Origin: an uncultured virus (IMG/VR IMGVR_UViG_3300048028_000412)
Taxonomy: Duplodnaviria > Heunggongvirae > Uroviricota > Caudoviricetes
DNA length: 20,000 nt
IMG/VR virus record: IMGVR_UViG_3300048028_000412
Strand: one strand, 5' to 3'
The first letter of the stretch is position 1. Every line of letters starts with the position of its first letter. Under the pieces are notes generated by a model. It was not told the origin of the DNA. It saw nothing but the letters and a program-made list of their open reading frames with translations, and searched no databases. The position numbers were made by a program, and so were the translations under genes. This document shows positions 9,298-17,129 of this stretch, one piece after another.

Positions 9298-10352
9298 TAT
9301 CCAGCTCCTGCACCTGTTAAGTAATCATTATAATCGTGACCATCATTTTCAACATCGTTTCTATTAAGAGTTCTTTCTTCAACAAAATTTAGACTAATAT
9401 CTACTTCTTGAGGATTTCCATCTGTATGAAATGCCATTGCATTAGGGTTATAAACTGCATCAAAGCCTTGAAGAAAACATGGCAACAAACCAGTTGCTAC
9501 TTGCTTAGTTTCTCCTGGTATCCCAGCATTTAAAAAGTTTCCATATTCCATTGTTATATTAAATTTAGATGGATATTTTAAAGTAAGACTTGTTCCTTGA
9601 GCCTGGCTTATCGGCACGCCTATGTCTGGGTACATTGCAACTCTAAACCATTTTATCATTTTTTTAATAACTTCTGACTCTTTTGCTGAAGTAGGAATTA
9701 ATTTAAATTGAAACCTAAACGTTCTAAGCCCCACACCGTTTAAAATATTTCTATTATTTGGATTGATGGTCACTCCAGTAGAAGTAGCAATCGCCCCTGC
9801 TATTTGAGGCGCACCAAATCTTTTAGCTGTTCTTTGCACCGCCGCGGCAGCGCCGGCGTCACCTAGATCACCAAATGCCGCTGCTGCAATATCACTCATG
9901 ATACTTTTAAGAGCTTCTCCACCTAAAGCAACGGCACCAGTCCCGGCAGCAACACCTTGCATAGCAGTAGCACCAATTGCACCTAATTCTAAAGAACCGT
10001 ACTGAATATTATCCTGAACTTGAATTGATTGCGGTAGATAGAGAATAGCCTCACCTTTATTAATAGTTTTATTGGATTTTCCTTTTACGGTTTGATGTTC
10101 ACTTCCAGTAAGACCAGATGTTAATATATCTTGTATAGAATTAAATTCATCTGCTGCAGCAATTCCCGCAATAGGAGCCGCGTCTACTCCTAAGGAAGCT
10201 AGGCCCTGATTAGCAAGACTCGACAAACTCTGATAGTCTTCATCAAAGGCTTCGAACCGAATAAAACCTCTATAATCATCTTTATTTTCTAGAGGAAAAA
10301 CAAATTGTGGACTATATGTATTGATAGTAAATGGATATGGATCATTGGGCAT
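9297..10352 (-). CDS. gp48: Baseplate tail-tube cap gp48
   Basis: Motifs AILYLPQSIQVQDNIQY, INPN...GVGLRTFRFQFKLIPTSAKESEVIKKMIKWFR, YPSKFNI and ISLNFVEERTL. Confidence 0.85.
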   Translation of the reverse strand: MPNDPYPFTINTYSPQFVFPLENKDDYRGFIRFEAFDEDYQSLSSLANQGLASLGVDAAPIAGIAAADEFNSIQDILTSGLTGSEHQTVKGKSNKTINKGEAILYLPQSIQVQDNIQYGSLELGAIGATAMQGVAAGTGAVALGGEALKSIMSDIAAAAFGDLGDAGAAAAVQRTAKRFGAPQIAGAIATSTGVTINPNNRNILNGVGLRTFRFQFKLIPTSAKESEVIKKMIKWFRVAMYPDIGVPISQAQGTSLTLKYPSKFNITMEYGNFLNAGIPGETKQVATGLLPCFLQGFDAVYNPNAMAFHTDGNPQEVDISLNFVEERTLNRNDVENDGHDYNDYLTGAGAG

Positions 10353-10363
10353 ATTTGCAAGCC

Positions 10364-10371
10364 TATAAATA
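10364..10371 (+). promoter_or_regulatory. T4-type late promoter TATAAATA for the gp4-gp2-gp54-gp26 operon
   Basis: Exact TATAAATA in the divergent intergenic gap, 21 nt before the gp4 ATG. Confidence 0.8.
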
Positions 10372-10385
10372 GAATTTTATGAGAT

Positions 10386-10393
10386 TATTTATA
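10386..10393 (-). promoter_or_regulatory. T4-type late promoter TATAAATA for the gp48 operon
   Basis: TATTTATA on + at 10386-10393, 33 nt upstream of the gp48 ATG. Confidence 0.78.
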
Positions 10394-10905
10394 TGGCTTA
10401 TTCAGGTAAATACATAGTAAAACATAGAACTAAATATAAGGGTGATCCAGACAAGGTAACCTTTAGATCCATGTGGGAAAGATATTGTTTTGTATGGTGC
10501 GATAATAATCCTAACATAAAAAATTGGTCTTCAGAAGAAGTAGTTGTACCATATTTATGGGAAGTAGATAAAAAATACCATCGCTATTTTACTGATTTAA
10601 AAATAACCTTTAAAGACAATAGGACTATACTTGTAGAAATAAAGCCAGATAAAGAAACGAAACCACCTAAGCGGCCTGATAAATCAAAACGCTATATAGG
10701 TGAGGCAATGACTTACGTTAAAAATATGAACAAGTGGAAAGCAGCAAATGAGTATGCCAAAGATCGTGGATGGGAATTCCAAATATGGACTGAAAAGACT
10801 CTTACTGAAATGGGTATCATGCCTTCGCAGAGTAAAAAAGGTGCGTTGAAGCCCCTTAGGCCGATAAAGCCTATCAGTAGAAAAAAAGTCTTAAAAAAGA
10901 GATAA
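10393..10905 (+). CDS. gp4: Head completion nuclease gp4
   Basis: MAYSGKY...KYKGDP...FRSMWE...CDNNPNI..WSSEEVVVPY...HRYFTD...LVEIKP...NMNKWKAA...F.IWTE. Confidence 0.93.
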   Translation: MAYSGKYIVKHRTKYKGDPDKVTFRSMWERYCFVWCDNNPNIKNWSSEEVVVPYLWEVDKKYHRYFTDLKITFKDNRTILVEIKPDKETKPPKRPDKSKRYIGEAMTYVKNMNKWKAANEYAKDRGWEFQIWTEKTLTEMGIMPSQSKKGALKPLRPIKPISRKKVLKKR

Positions 10906-10914
10906 ATAAGCTAC

Positions 10915-11499
10915 ATGAGCAACTTATTTCAAAAAATAGAACAAGACGCCTTTAGGGCAGGTATTACGCCACGCACAAGTCAGTCGCGTGACTGGTTTCG
11001 TCGTAAGGTACAAGGTATCAGACGAATCAATAGAAATCAATTAATGAAAGATGAGCAACTATCTCTCGGCAGCAGACGTCTTATTGGATCAATGCAGATG
11101 TTTTTCTATGATCCTAAGCATAAAGATAAACTCCCGTTCTATGATAGCTTTCCGCTTACTATTGTATTAAGCCCTGCACCAAAAGGATTTATGGGACTTA
11201 ATTTGCATTATATACCACCTACGCTGAGAGCAAAGTTTTTAGACTCTTTATTGGATATTACAAATAATAGTAAGTATGACGAGACAACTAAATTTAACGT
11301 TACATATAATACATTAAAGAGAGCATCTAAGTTTAAATATTTTAAGCCGTGTATCAAACATTATCTTGCGGGAAACGTGAGAAGTAGATTTGCTGAAGTA
11401 CACGCGCCCGAGTGGGAGATCGCAGCGTTTCTTCCAACCGCTGATTGGCAAAAAACAAGTGCTGCAGCTGTTTATTCTTCTTCAAGGAAAATGATCTAA
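10915..11499 (+). CDS. gp2: DNA end protector protein gp2
   Basis: FFYDPKHKDKLPFYDSFPL...GFMGLNLHYIPP.LRA...FKPCIKHYL...W..AAFLPTA. Confidence 0.92.
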   Translation: MSNLFQKIEQDAFRAGITPRTSQSRDWFRRKVQGIRRINRNQLMKDEQLSLGSRRLIGSMQMFFYDPKHKDKLPFYDSFPLTIVLSPAPKGFMGLNLHYIPPTLRAKFLDSLLDITNNSKYDETTKFNVTYNTLKRASKFKYFKPCIKHYLAGNVRSRFAEVHAPEWEIAAFLPTADWQKTSAAAVYSSSRKMI

Positions 11500-12212
11500 T
11501 GATAGATAAATTTAAAGGGCTTATATCTAAAAGAGATGGCATGGCTAGGTCAAGTGTATTCCAGGTCATACTTCCTTCTATCAACGGAGTAAGAGGAGAA
11601 GAAGTAAACCTCTTATGCAAAGATGTACAGTTACCAGGCAGACAGATACTAACTAGTGAGCGGCGGATCGGCATGCAAGTTGAGAAAGTTCCGTACGGGT
11701 ATGCAATAACAGATACAAGTATGACATTCCACGTGATGAATGACTATGGTATTAGAAAGTATTTTGAGACATGGCAAAACTTGGCAGTTAATCAAGAAAC
11801 AAAGGAAGTAGGATACCAAAGAGGGAAAGAGGGTTATGCCAAACCTGTTCTAATTAAGCAACTTAAAAAGGGATTTGGTCTTCCAGTGTATTCTACACCA
11901 CTTGGGCTACCAAAACTGCCGGCAGAAATTCAAAGCCGATTGCCTAAAATCGGACCATTTGATTTTGCACAAGGTGAACTTGATTTAGATTTTGTTACAA
12001 AAGATCAAGTCGTTTATAGTTGCAGACTCATAGATGCTTTCCCGACATCAATGAATGCTATACAATTAAATAACGAGTTAGACGGTTTAGTTGAGCTTAA
12101 CATTCAGTTATCTTATACTAACTGGGAACCAGTAGAATTTGGCGTTCAAAATGCCACTGAGAAATTTATTAAAACACAAATAGGGACCGCACTTAGCAGA
12201 GCATTTTCGTAA
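11499..12212 (+). CDS. Tail tube initiator gp54 / gp19-like tail tube protein
   Basis: GMARSSVFQV...LCKDVQLPGRQI...MTFHVMNDYGIRKYFETWQ...L.DAFPTSMNAIQL...LSYTNW. The start was moved from 11445 to 11499, giving a TAATG overlap with the gp2 stop. Confidence 0.8.
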   Translation: MIDKFKGLISKRDGMARSSVFQVILPSINGVRGEEVNLLCKDVQLPGRQILTSERRIGMQVEKVPYGYAITDTSMTFHVMNDYGIRKYFETWQNLAVNQETKEVGYQRGKEGYAKPVLIKQLKKGFGLPVYSTPLGLPKLPAEIQSRLPKIGPFDFAQGELDLDFVTKDQVVYSCRLIDAFPTSMNAIQLNNELDGLVELNIQLSYTNWEPVEFGVQNATEKFIKTQIGTALSRAFS

Positions 12213-12224
12213 AGGATGAAATGA

Positions 12225-12929
12225 ATGGCACTACCCAAATTAAATGATGTACCAAAGTATGAAATCACTATTCCATCAACAGACAAAAAGGTATATTTTA
12301 GACCGTTTTTAGTTAAAGAACAAAAGGTTCTGCTAATAGCATTAGAGTCTCAAGATGAAAAACAGATATTACAGGCAGTAGTAGATACTATTAAGGCCTG
12401 TATATATGAAGATATTGAAATCGATAAGTTAGCAATATTTGATCTTGAATATATTTTTCTACAAATCAGGGGAAAAAGTGTAGGTGAGAGCGCTGATCTT
12501 ATAATGAAGTGCAGAGAATGCGACCACGAAAATAAAGTTAAAGTAGATCTAGAAGATATAAAAATTAAAAAGGGACCTGACAAAAAATTTGTTCTTAATG
12601 ACCAGTTTACTATAGAAATGAAATATCCATCCTATGAGATTATTTTAAGAGAAGATATGAATACAGATTCGGCTGTAGAAAATATTTACAACACTGTTTT
12701 GTTATGCATGAGTTGTCTCTATACGGAAGATGATATTATTAGGTTTGAGGAATATACTGATGAAGATAAAAAGGAATTTATGGAAAGTCTTACGTCTGAA
12801 CAATTTGATAAAATTGTAACATTTGTTAGTAATCTTCCTGCAATAACATATGATTTAGAGTATGACTGTGAATCGTGCGAACATAGTAATAAAGAAATAT
12901 TAAGAGGAATACAAGATTTTTTATCCTAG
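12225..12929 (+). CDS. gp26: Baseplate hub subunit / assembly chaperone gp26
   Basis: MALPKL..PKYE..IPST...FRPFLVKEQKVLLIALES...FDLEYIFLQIRGKSVGE; two CxxC motifs. Confidence 0.9.
   Translation: MALPKLNDVPKYEITIPSTDKKVYFRPFLVKEQKVLLIALESQDEKQILQAVVDTIKACIYEDIEIDKLAIFDLEYIFLQIRGKSVGESADLIMKCRECDHENKVKVDLEDIKIKKGPDKKFVLNDQFTIEMKYPSYEIILREDMNTDSAVENIYNTVLLCMSCLYTEDDIIRFEEYTDEDKKEFMESLTSEQFDKIVTFVSNLPAITYDLEYDCESCEHSNKEILRGIQDFLS
12917..12923 (+). other. Putative -1 ribosomal frameshift slippery heptamer T TTT TTA
   Basis: X XXY YYZ pattern in the correct phase (GAT TTT TTA TCC TAG) at the end of gp26. Confidence 0.7.
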
Positions 12930-13114
12930 GCCTCTCTCATGATAGTTTAATAAACTATTTCAGGGTAAACTATCAGTTAATACAAAATCATAAGTATTCA
13001 TTAACTGACGTAGACCAAATGATACCGTGGGAGAGGGAGATTTATGTTAGTATGCTTATTGATGATATTAAAAAAATGAATGAAGAAAACCAAAGACAAA
13101 ATATGCAGAGGTAA
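12917..13114 (+). CDS. gp51: gp51-like baseplate hub assembly domain with no own start codon; likely expressed as a gp26-gp51 -1 frameshift fusion
   Basis: The -1 frame relative to gp26 reads FFILGLSHDSLINYFRVNYQLIQNHKYSLTDVDQMIPWEREIYVSMLIDDIKKMNEENQRQNMQR*. This is the short gp51 family of marine T4-like phages (HKYSL...MIPWEREIY). Missed by the ORF track. Confidence 0.85.
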   Translation, partial: FFILGLSHDSLINYFRVNYQLIQNHKYSLTDVDQMIPWEREIYVSMLIDDIKKMNEENQRQNMQR

Positions 13115-13116
13115 CT

Positions 13117-15030
13117 ATGGCAAATTTAAAAGCAGTAGTAGAACAATTAAAAGAGCAAAACGGTGTTCTCACTAGTGTAAATGAGAACATTTCTGCTATG
13201 CTTAAAGGCCAGATTCAAGAATCTTTGGATAACCAAAGAAAAGCCGGCGATGAAGAAGAAGAAAAAAGAGAAGCTCGCAAAAGTAGGATTAAAGATAGGG
13301 ATAAGCCAACTCCAAAATCGTTTAGCGGAGGGTTTGTTGCAGGAGCTGGATTAGGAGGCTTATTAGACGGGTTTAAAAATGCGCTGGGCGGTACCGCCGG
13401 CGGCTTGGGCATAGGGGCTTTACTGGGCATGGGAGCAGGGAGATTGTTTATGCCTGCTTTAGGCGCTTTACTCGGAGTTAAATATCTAGATAAATGGGTT
13501 GATCCCATTATTGATAAGATCACTGGTGATGATGCAACTTGGTCAATGTTTGGCAAGCAAATAGATGCATCTAAAATTGTATCAGGATTTGCTGGAGGTC
13601 TGGCTCTTATTTTCGGCCCTAAGTTAATTAGTACAGCTGTTAGTAGTTTACTGTCAGGAGGGGGAAGAGGTCCTAACAGTAATGGCCCAGGATTAAGAAA
13701 AACATTTTTAAGTAGATTAGGAATCGGAGGCATAGCTATAGCTGTAGCAGATTCTGTAGGAGACTTTGCTAAAACTTTAACCGGGTCAAAAGATTTTGCT
13801 GACACCGTATCTAATGCGATGGCGGCTACAGGGGTAGGGTTTATGGTCGGAGGGCCAGTTGGTGCTCTTGTGGCCGCCGGAGCTTATATAGCTTACGAGT
13901 CAGTGTCAGCTATCGCCGCTTGGATGAAAGGCAAAGGCGATAGAATGAAGCAAAAGCAACTTGAAGAATTAGATAAGTTGCAATTAGATGTCGACAGGCT
14001 TATTCAAGAAGGTAAAGATGAAGCTGCAGGCGAAGTAGCAAAGTCCATGATTGCAAGTCAACGCTCTTTCATGTCTGGAATATTTCAAGGCCAACTAGCA
14101 GCAGATGAAGCATCGTATTTTGCTGATAAATCTAGAACAGCATTTGAAGGCGCGAAGGCTGCAGGAGATACTTCTGCGATGGCCGCCGCGACTGAACTAG
14201 AAGCAGATGTATTGGGTAGAAGCGATGTTGGTTATGATGAAGGATTAGATCAATTTCGTAGATTAACTAATCAGCTTATTGAATCAGGAGCAGATGCTAC
14301 AGCTGCAGCAACTCAAATTGCTGTTTCGGCTTCATCTATAGGAGGAGCCTTTACTGATGCCGCGGAGGCAGCTAATGATTTAGCTGCTAAAAATATTATA
14401 TTAGAAGGTGAAAGAACTCATCGTATACAACAGGCAGGAAGAAGAATTGGCAGATCTAGATTTGGAGATGCTGAAGCCAGAGTAGGAACCACTCAAGAAG
14501 TCTTTTTAAGGGATTTATTAAGAAGAGCTAGTACTGAAGCAAATGCAGAACGGTTAGCTGGCATAGTATCTCCTATGGATAGTCCGTTTGGAGCTGCAGT
14601 AACGCTATCAGATGCTGCGGCTATGTTTGCAGCTGAATATAAAAAGATATCTAATGAACAAGCCCTAGAAAATTATTACAAAAATAATCCAGAAGCTGCT
14701 GAAAAGTCTGTTCTTAATTTATTCTCAGGCATTTTAAATAATATGGGATTAAGAGCGTATAAAAATAGCCAAGATAGTTCACCAAATCTTATGCCGGCAA
14801 CGGACAGTAGAGAAACTAATTTTGATATACTTGACTCATTTGGTGCTCTAGCTGCAGCCGGTAAGTCTGCGCCAATTGTTGTAAATGAAGGTGACATTAT
14901 TACAAATAACAATAATGCTGGAACTAGTATGCCAAAACCTGCTCCTAAGTCTGCAGTTGATGCTGTTGCAACGACTAAGCAAATGATCAGAGGTTTTGCC
15001 GGTGCTCATAATAAGTGGATGATGGATTAG
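13117..15030 (+). CDS. Probable tape measure protein (gp29-like)
   Basis: 637 aa, Ala/Gly-rich and helical-looking, with hydrophobic glycine-zipper segments (GVGFMVGGPVGALVAAG). C-terminal APIVVN...NNNN tail; follows gp26/gp51. Confidence 0.65.
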   Translation: MANLKAVVEQLKEQNGVLTSVNENISAMLKGQIQESLDNQRKAGDEEEEKREARKSRIKDRDKPTPKSFSGGFVAGAGLGGLLDGFKNALGGTAGGLGIGALLGMGAGRLFMPALGALLGVKYLDKWVDPIIDKITGDDATWSMFGKQIDASKIVSGFAGGLALIFGPKLISTAVSSLLSGGGRGPNSNGPGLRKTFLSRLGIGGIAIAVADSVGDFAKTLTGSKDFADTVSNAMAATGVGFMVGGPVGALVAAGAYIAYESVSAIAAWMKGKGDRMKQKQLEELDKLQLDVDRLIQEGKDEAAGEVAKSMIASQRSFMSGIFQGQLAADEASYFADKSRTAFEGAKAAGDTSAMAAATELEADVLGRSDVGYDEGLDQFRRLTNQLIESGADATAAATQIAVSASSIGGAFTDAAEAANDLAAKNIILEGERTHRIQQAGRRIGRSRFGDAEARVGTTQEVFLRDLLRRASTEANAERLAGIVSPMDSPFGAAVTLSDAAAMFAAEYKKISNEQALENYYKNNPEAAEKSVLNLFSGILNNMGLRAYKNSQDSSPNLMPATDSRETNFDILDSFGALAAAGKSAPIVVNEGDIITNNNNAGTSMPKPAPKSAVDAVATTKQMIRGFAGAHNKWMMD

Positions 15031-15049
15031 GGGCGACGCTAGCCGCCCC
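15030..15049. terminator. GC-rich hairpin between the convergent tape-measure and gp32 genes
   Basis: Minus strand GGGGCGGC-TAGC-GTCGCCCC (8 bp with one G-U). There is no strong U tract on either side. Confidence 0.55.
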
Positions 15050-15056
15050 CAATATA

Positions 15057-15980
15057 TTAGTCTTCTGCTGCTAGTTTAGCAAAATACGACATGGTGTCAT
15101 CATCATCCATAGATGAACTTTCTGCCGTAGCTGCAGGTGCTGATGGCATTGCAGGCTCAGGAGCGGCTGTTACCGGAGAACTATAAGACTCTGTAGTATC
15201 TAATGATACCTGCTCGCGGACAGTTCGTGGTACAGACTCTCCAAGGACTAGAGCAAGACGTGACTTAAGTTCGTCATATGTCTTATAGCTTTTTGGATCA
15301 GTCCATTCAGTCATTTCATGTTGTTTTTCATAAATGACTTCTTTTTTCTCATCGTCTCCGGCAAGTAATTCCGAAGCTGACTTAAACGAAGAAGCATCAT
15401 AGTTTGGATAACCTTCGACCTTACGAATCTTAAGCGTAAAGTCTGCACCTTCCCACATATCAAATGGATTAACCGGAGCTTCATCAGGAAACTGAGGCTG
15501 CATGCTATCCATAATCTTGTCAAAGATTTTCTTGCCGAAGCGATAAAGTTTAACTTGACCTTCGTTCTCTGGATTTGCAGGATCTGAAATAACTAGTACG
15601 TTTGCAATATATCGTAAGTTACGTTTGCGCTCACGTACAGTACGTTTGGCTTCGTCAGAGCCATCTTCATTCCACAGCTTACTGTTACTTTCAGCTAATG
15701 GATCTTGTTGACCAATAGATGTAAGAGACTTCTCTACATACCATTGACCTGTTGGGCCTTTGAAGAAGTGATCCCAGTACCGAACCCATGGTGTTGGGGC
15801 TTCTGCGTCTCCTGGTAGGAAACGGATTACAGCGTAACCATTGCCAGCCTTATCTCGTGTTGGTGTCCAGAAGCGTGGATCTTCTGATTGACGTTGAGAT
15901 TGTTGACCTGTGTTTTCTTGAGCCTGATTAATCAAGCTATTAAGATCAGTACGATTACGTTTTAGTGCTGCAAAACTCAT
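15057..15980 (-). CDS. gp32: Single-stranded DNA-binding protein gp32
   Basis: DPRFW...DKAGNGYAVIRFLP...GKKIFDKI...NPFDMWEGADF.LKIRKVEGYPNYD.S.F; acidic tail DDDDTMSYFAKLAAED. Confidence 0.96.
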   Translation of the reverse strand: MSFAALKRNRTDLNSLINQAQENTGQQSQRQSEDPRFWTPTRDKAGNGYAVIRFLPGDAEAPTPWVRYWDHFFKGPTGQWYVEKSLTSIGQQDPLAESNSKLWNEDGSDEAKRTVRERKRNLRYIANVLVISDPANPENEGQVKLYRFGKKIFDKIMDSMQPQFPDEAPVNPFDMWEGADFTLKIRKVEGYPNYDASSFKSASELLAGDDEKKEVIYEKQHEMTEWTDPKSYKTYDELKSRLALVLGESVPRTVREQVSLDTTESYSSPVTAAPEPAMPSAPAATAESSSMDDDDTMSYFAKLAAED

Positions 15981-16030
15981 ATATATTTTCCTTGTATGTT
16001 ACAATATGTTTTAATGTTTATAGTATGAAC

Positions 16031-16059
16031 ATTATATATCAGTTTACTCAAAAGGTAAA
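16031..16059 (-). promoter_or_regulatory. Putative sigma70-type promoter for gp32
   Basis: Minus strand TTTACC-17 nt-TATAAT, about 50 nt upstream of the gp32 ATG. Confidence 0.5.
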
Positions 16060-16277
16060 CTGTTTTGTCGAGGCAGAAAATTTAAATTCATTGCTTCTGC
16101 CTCCAACTTCGTTTTGATGATCGGTGATATAAACTTTTTTACATCCTCCAATTCAACGTTATTATCTTCACACAACCAGATGATTGCGTCCATATAAGAT
16201 GATCTATGCGACTTAACAGTCTTTTCAATTAACTTTGCGAACTCGCTTTTTGTTAGAAATTTTTCTTTGTCTTGCAT
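16044..16277 (-). CDS. gp33: Late-promoter transcription co-activator gp33
   Basis: FAKLIEKTVK...SYMDAIIWLCEDNNVELEDVKKFISPIIKTKLEAEAMNLNFLP; adjacent to gp32. Start trimmed to MQDKEK at 16277. Confidence 0.85.
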   Translation of the reverse strand: MQDKEKFLTKSEFAKLIEKTVKSHRSSYMDAIIWLCEDNNVELEDVKKFISPIIKTKLEAEAMNLNFLPRQNSLPFE

Positions 16278-16806
16278 AGTCTTCAGCTGCCATTTCGTTT
16301 GTATACTCTCCGCCGATATCAGCATAAAATACTCCTGGAGTTCTTTTAACTGTACCATCAGGATAGTATGCCATTACTGTACAGCTATGTTTAATTTTAC
16401 TTTGCTTCTCGGCACCATACCGAAAATCACGATAGACACCATCAGTCAGATAGCGCTGCAGATTAAATACGTATGTTTCAGTATCATAATACTGTTTACG
16501 CATTGCAGAATCTTTACTATCTTTCTGATGTTTTAAGGCTTTCAGCATTTCTTTCTGCTGCTTAAGCCATTCTTTTACTTTCTTTGGGGAAAGCAAATGA
16601 TCGTCAGGCAAGTTACGAATCGACTCGTCAATTGACATATGCTTAGCCGGTCCTCTAGCTTCTCTTGCCTTTGCCATACGTTCAACTAATACAGCCTTCT
16701 GTTCGGGCGTTAATACTCGTTTTTTACGTGGTTTTTTAACAGGCTTTACAGTAGATGTTTTTGCCAATTCTTTACGAATCTGATTGAGTTTAGACTTACG
16801 AACCAT
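16225..16806 (-). CDS. Hypothetical basic protein (Lys/Arg-rich N-terminus)
   Basis: Long ORF. GGAG SD precedes the ATG at 16806 and a promoter lies directly upstream. Overlaps gp33 by 53 nt. Confidence 0.75.
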   Translation of the reverse strand: MVRKSKLNQIRKELAKTSTVKPVKKPRKKRVLTPEQKAVLVERMAKAREARGPAKHMSIDESIRNLPDDHLLSPKKVKEWLKQQKEMLKALKHQKDSKDSAMRKQYYDTETYVFNLQRYLTDGVYRDFRYGAEKQSKIKHSCTVMAYYPDGTVKRTPGVFYADIGGEYTNEMAAEDYARQRKISNKKRVRKVN

Positions 16807-16833
16807 GATGATCTCCATTCATAATATAATACT

Positions 16834-16893
16834 ATTCTATCACAGTTTTGCTGTAATGTACATAAAAACTTTTTATTAGAAATCAATCAGTTA
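16834..16893 (-). promoter_or_regulatory. Early/middle-type promoter, copy 1
   Basis: TAACTGATTGATTT-17 nt-TGTACA-17 nt-TAGAAT on the minus strand; same architecture as 18818-18877. Confidence 0.75.
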
Positions 16894-17097
16894 TAATTTT
16901 TTTTCGTCATACTCATATAGTTCATATTCACCATCAACTAATTTAGCTCTTACAAATCGCTTTTTGATTAGCGCCACAATTGTGGCTTCAATAACTTCTT
17001 CTGTCTCATGGCGTGACATGTCGCGACCAAATAAAAAACCGACTATAGCTACACCACCAAGAAGAAGCCACTGAATAATAGAAAGTGTAGTAAACAT
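16891..17097 (-). CDS. Small protein with an N-terminal transmembrane helix
   Basis: IIQWLLLGGVAIVGFLFG is a hydrophobic stretch; AAGGA SD upstream. Confidence 0.75.
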   Translation of the reverse strand: MFTTLSIIQWLLLGGVAIVGFLFGRDMSRHETEEVIEATIVALIKKRFVRAKLVDGEYELYEYDEKKL

Positions 17098-17121
17098 ATG
17101 GTTTCCTTAATTATGAATGAC

Positions 17122-17129
17122 TATTTATA
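17122..17129 (-). promoter_or_regulatory. T4-type late promoter TATAAATA
   Basis: TATTTATA on + in the 32-nt intergenic gap upstream of the membrane-protein gene. Confidence 0.6.

Noticed and set aside
10393..10905. gp4 as a TnsA-like transposase or mobile element
   Set aside because: The PD-(D/E)xK fold is shared, but sequence and context (next to gp2) are those of the T4 head completion protein.
10901..10908. GATAAATA as a late promoter for gp2
   Set aside because: One mismatch, overlaps the gp4 stop and sits only 6 nt from the ATG; not supportable.
11445..11498. N-terminal extension MAKNKCCSC of the tail-tube-like gene
   Set aside because: It overlaps gp2; the TAATG-coupled ATG at 11499 is the more plausible start.
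13019..13114. gp51 as an independent 31-aa gene starting at ATG 13019
   Set aside because: It would omit the conserved LSHDSL..NY...HKYSL half and has no SD.
2544..14912. Nested or antisense ORFs (2544, 3510, 4178, 6548, 11354, 12350, 13215, 14676)
   Set aside because: All lie within well-supported structural genes and have no recognisable motifs.
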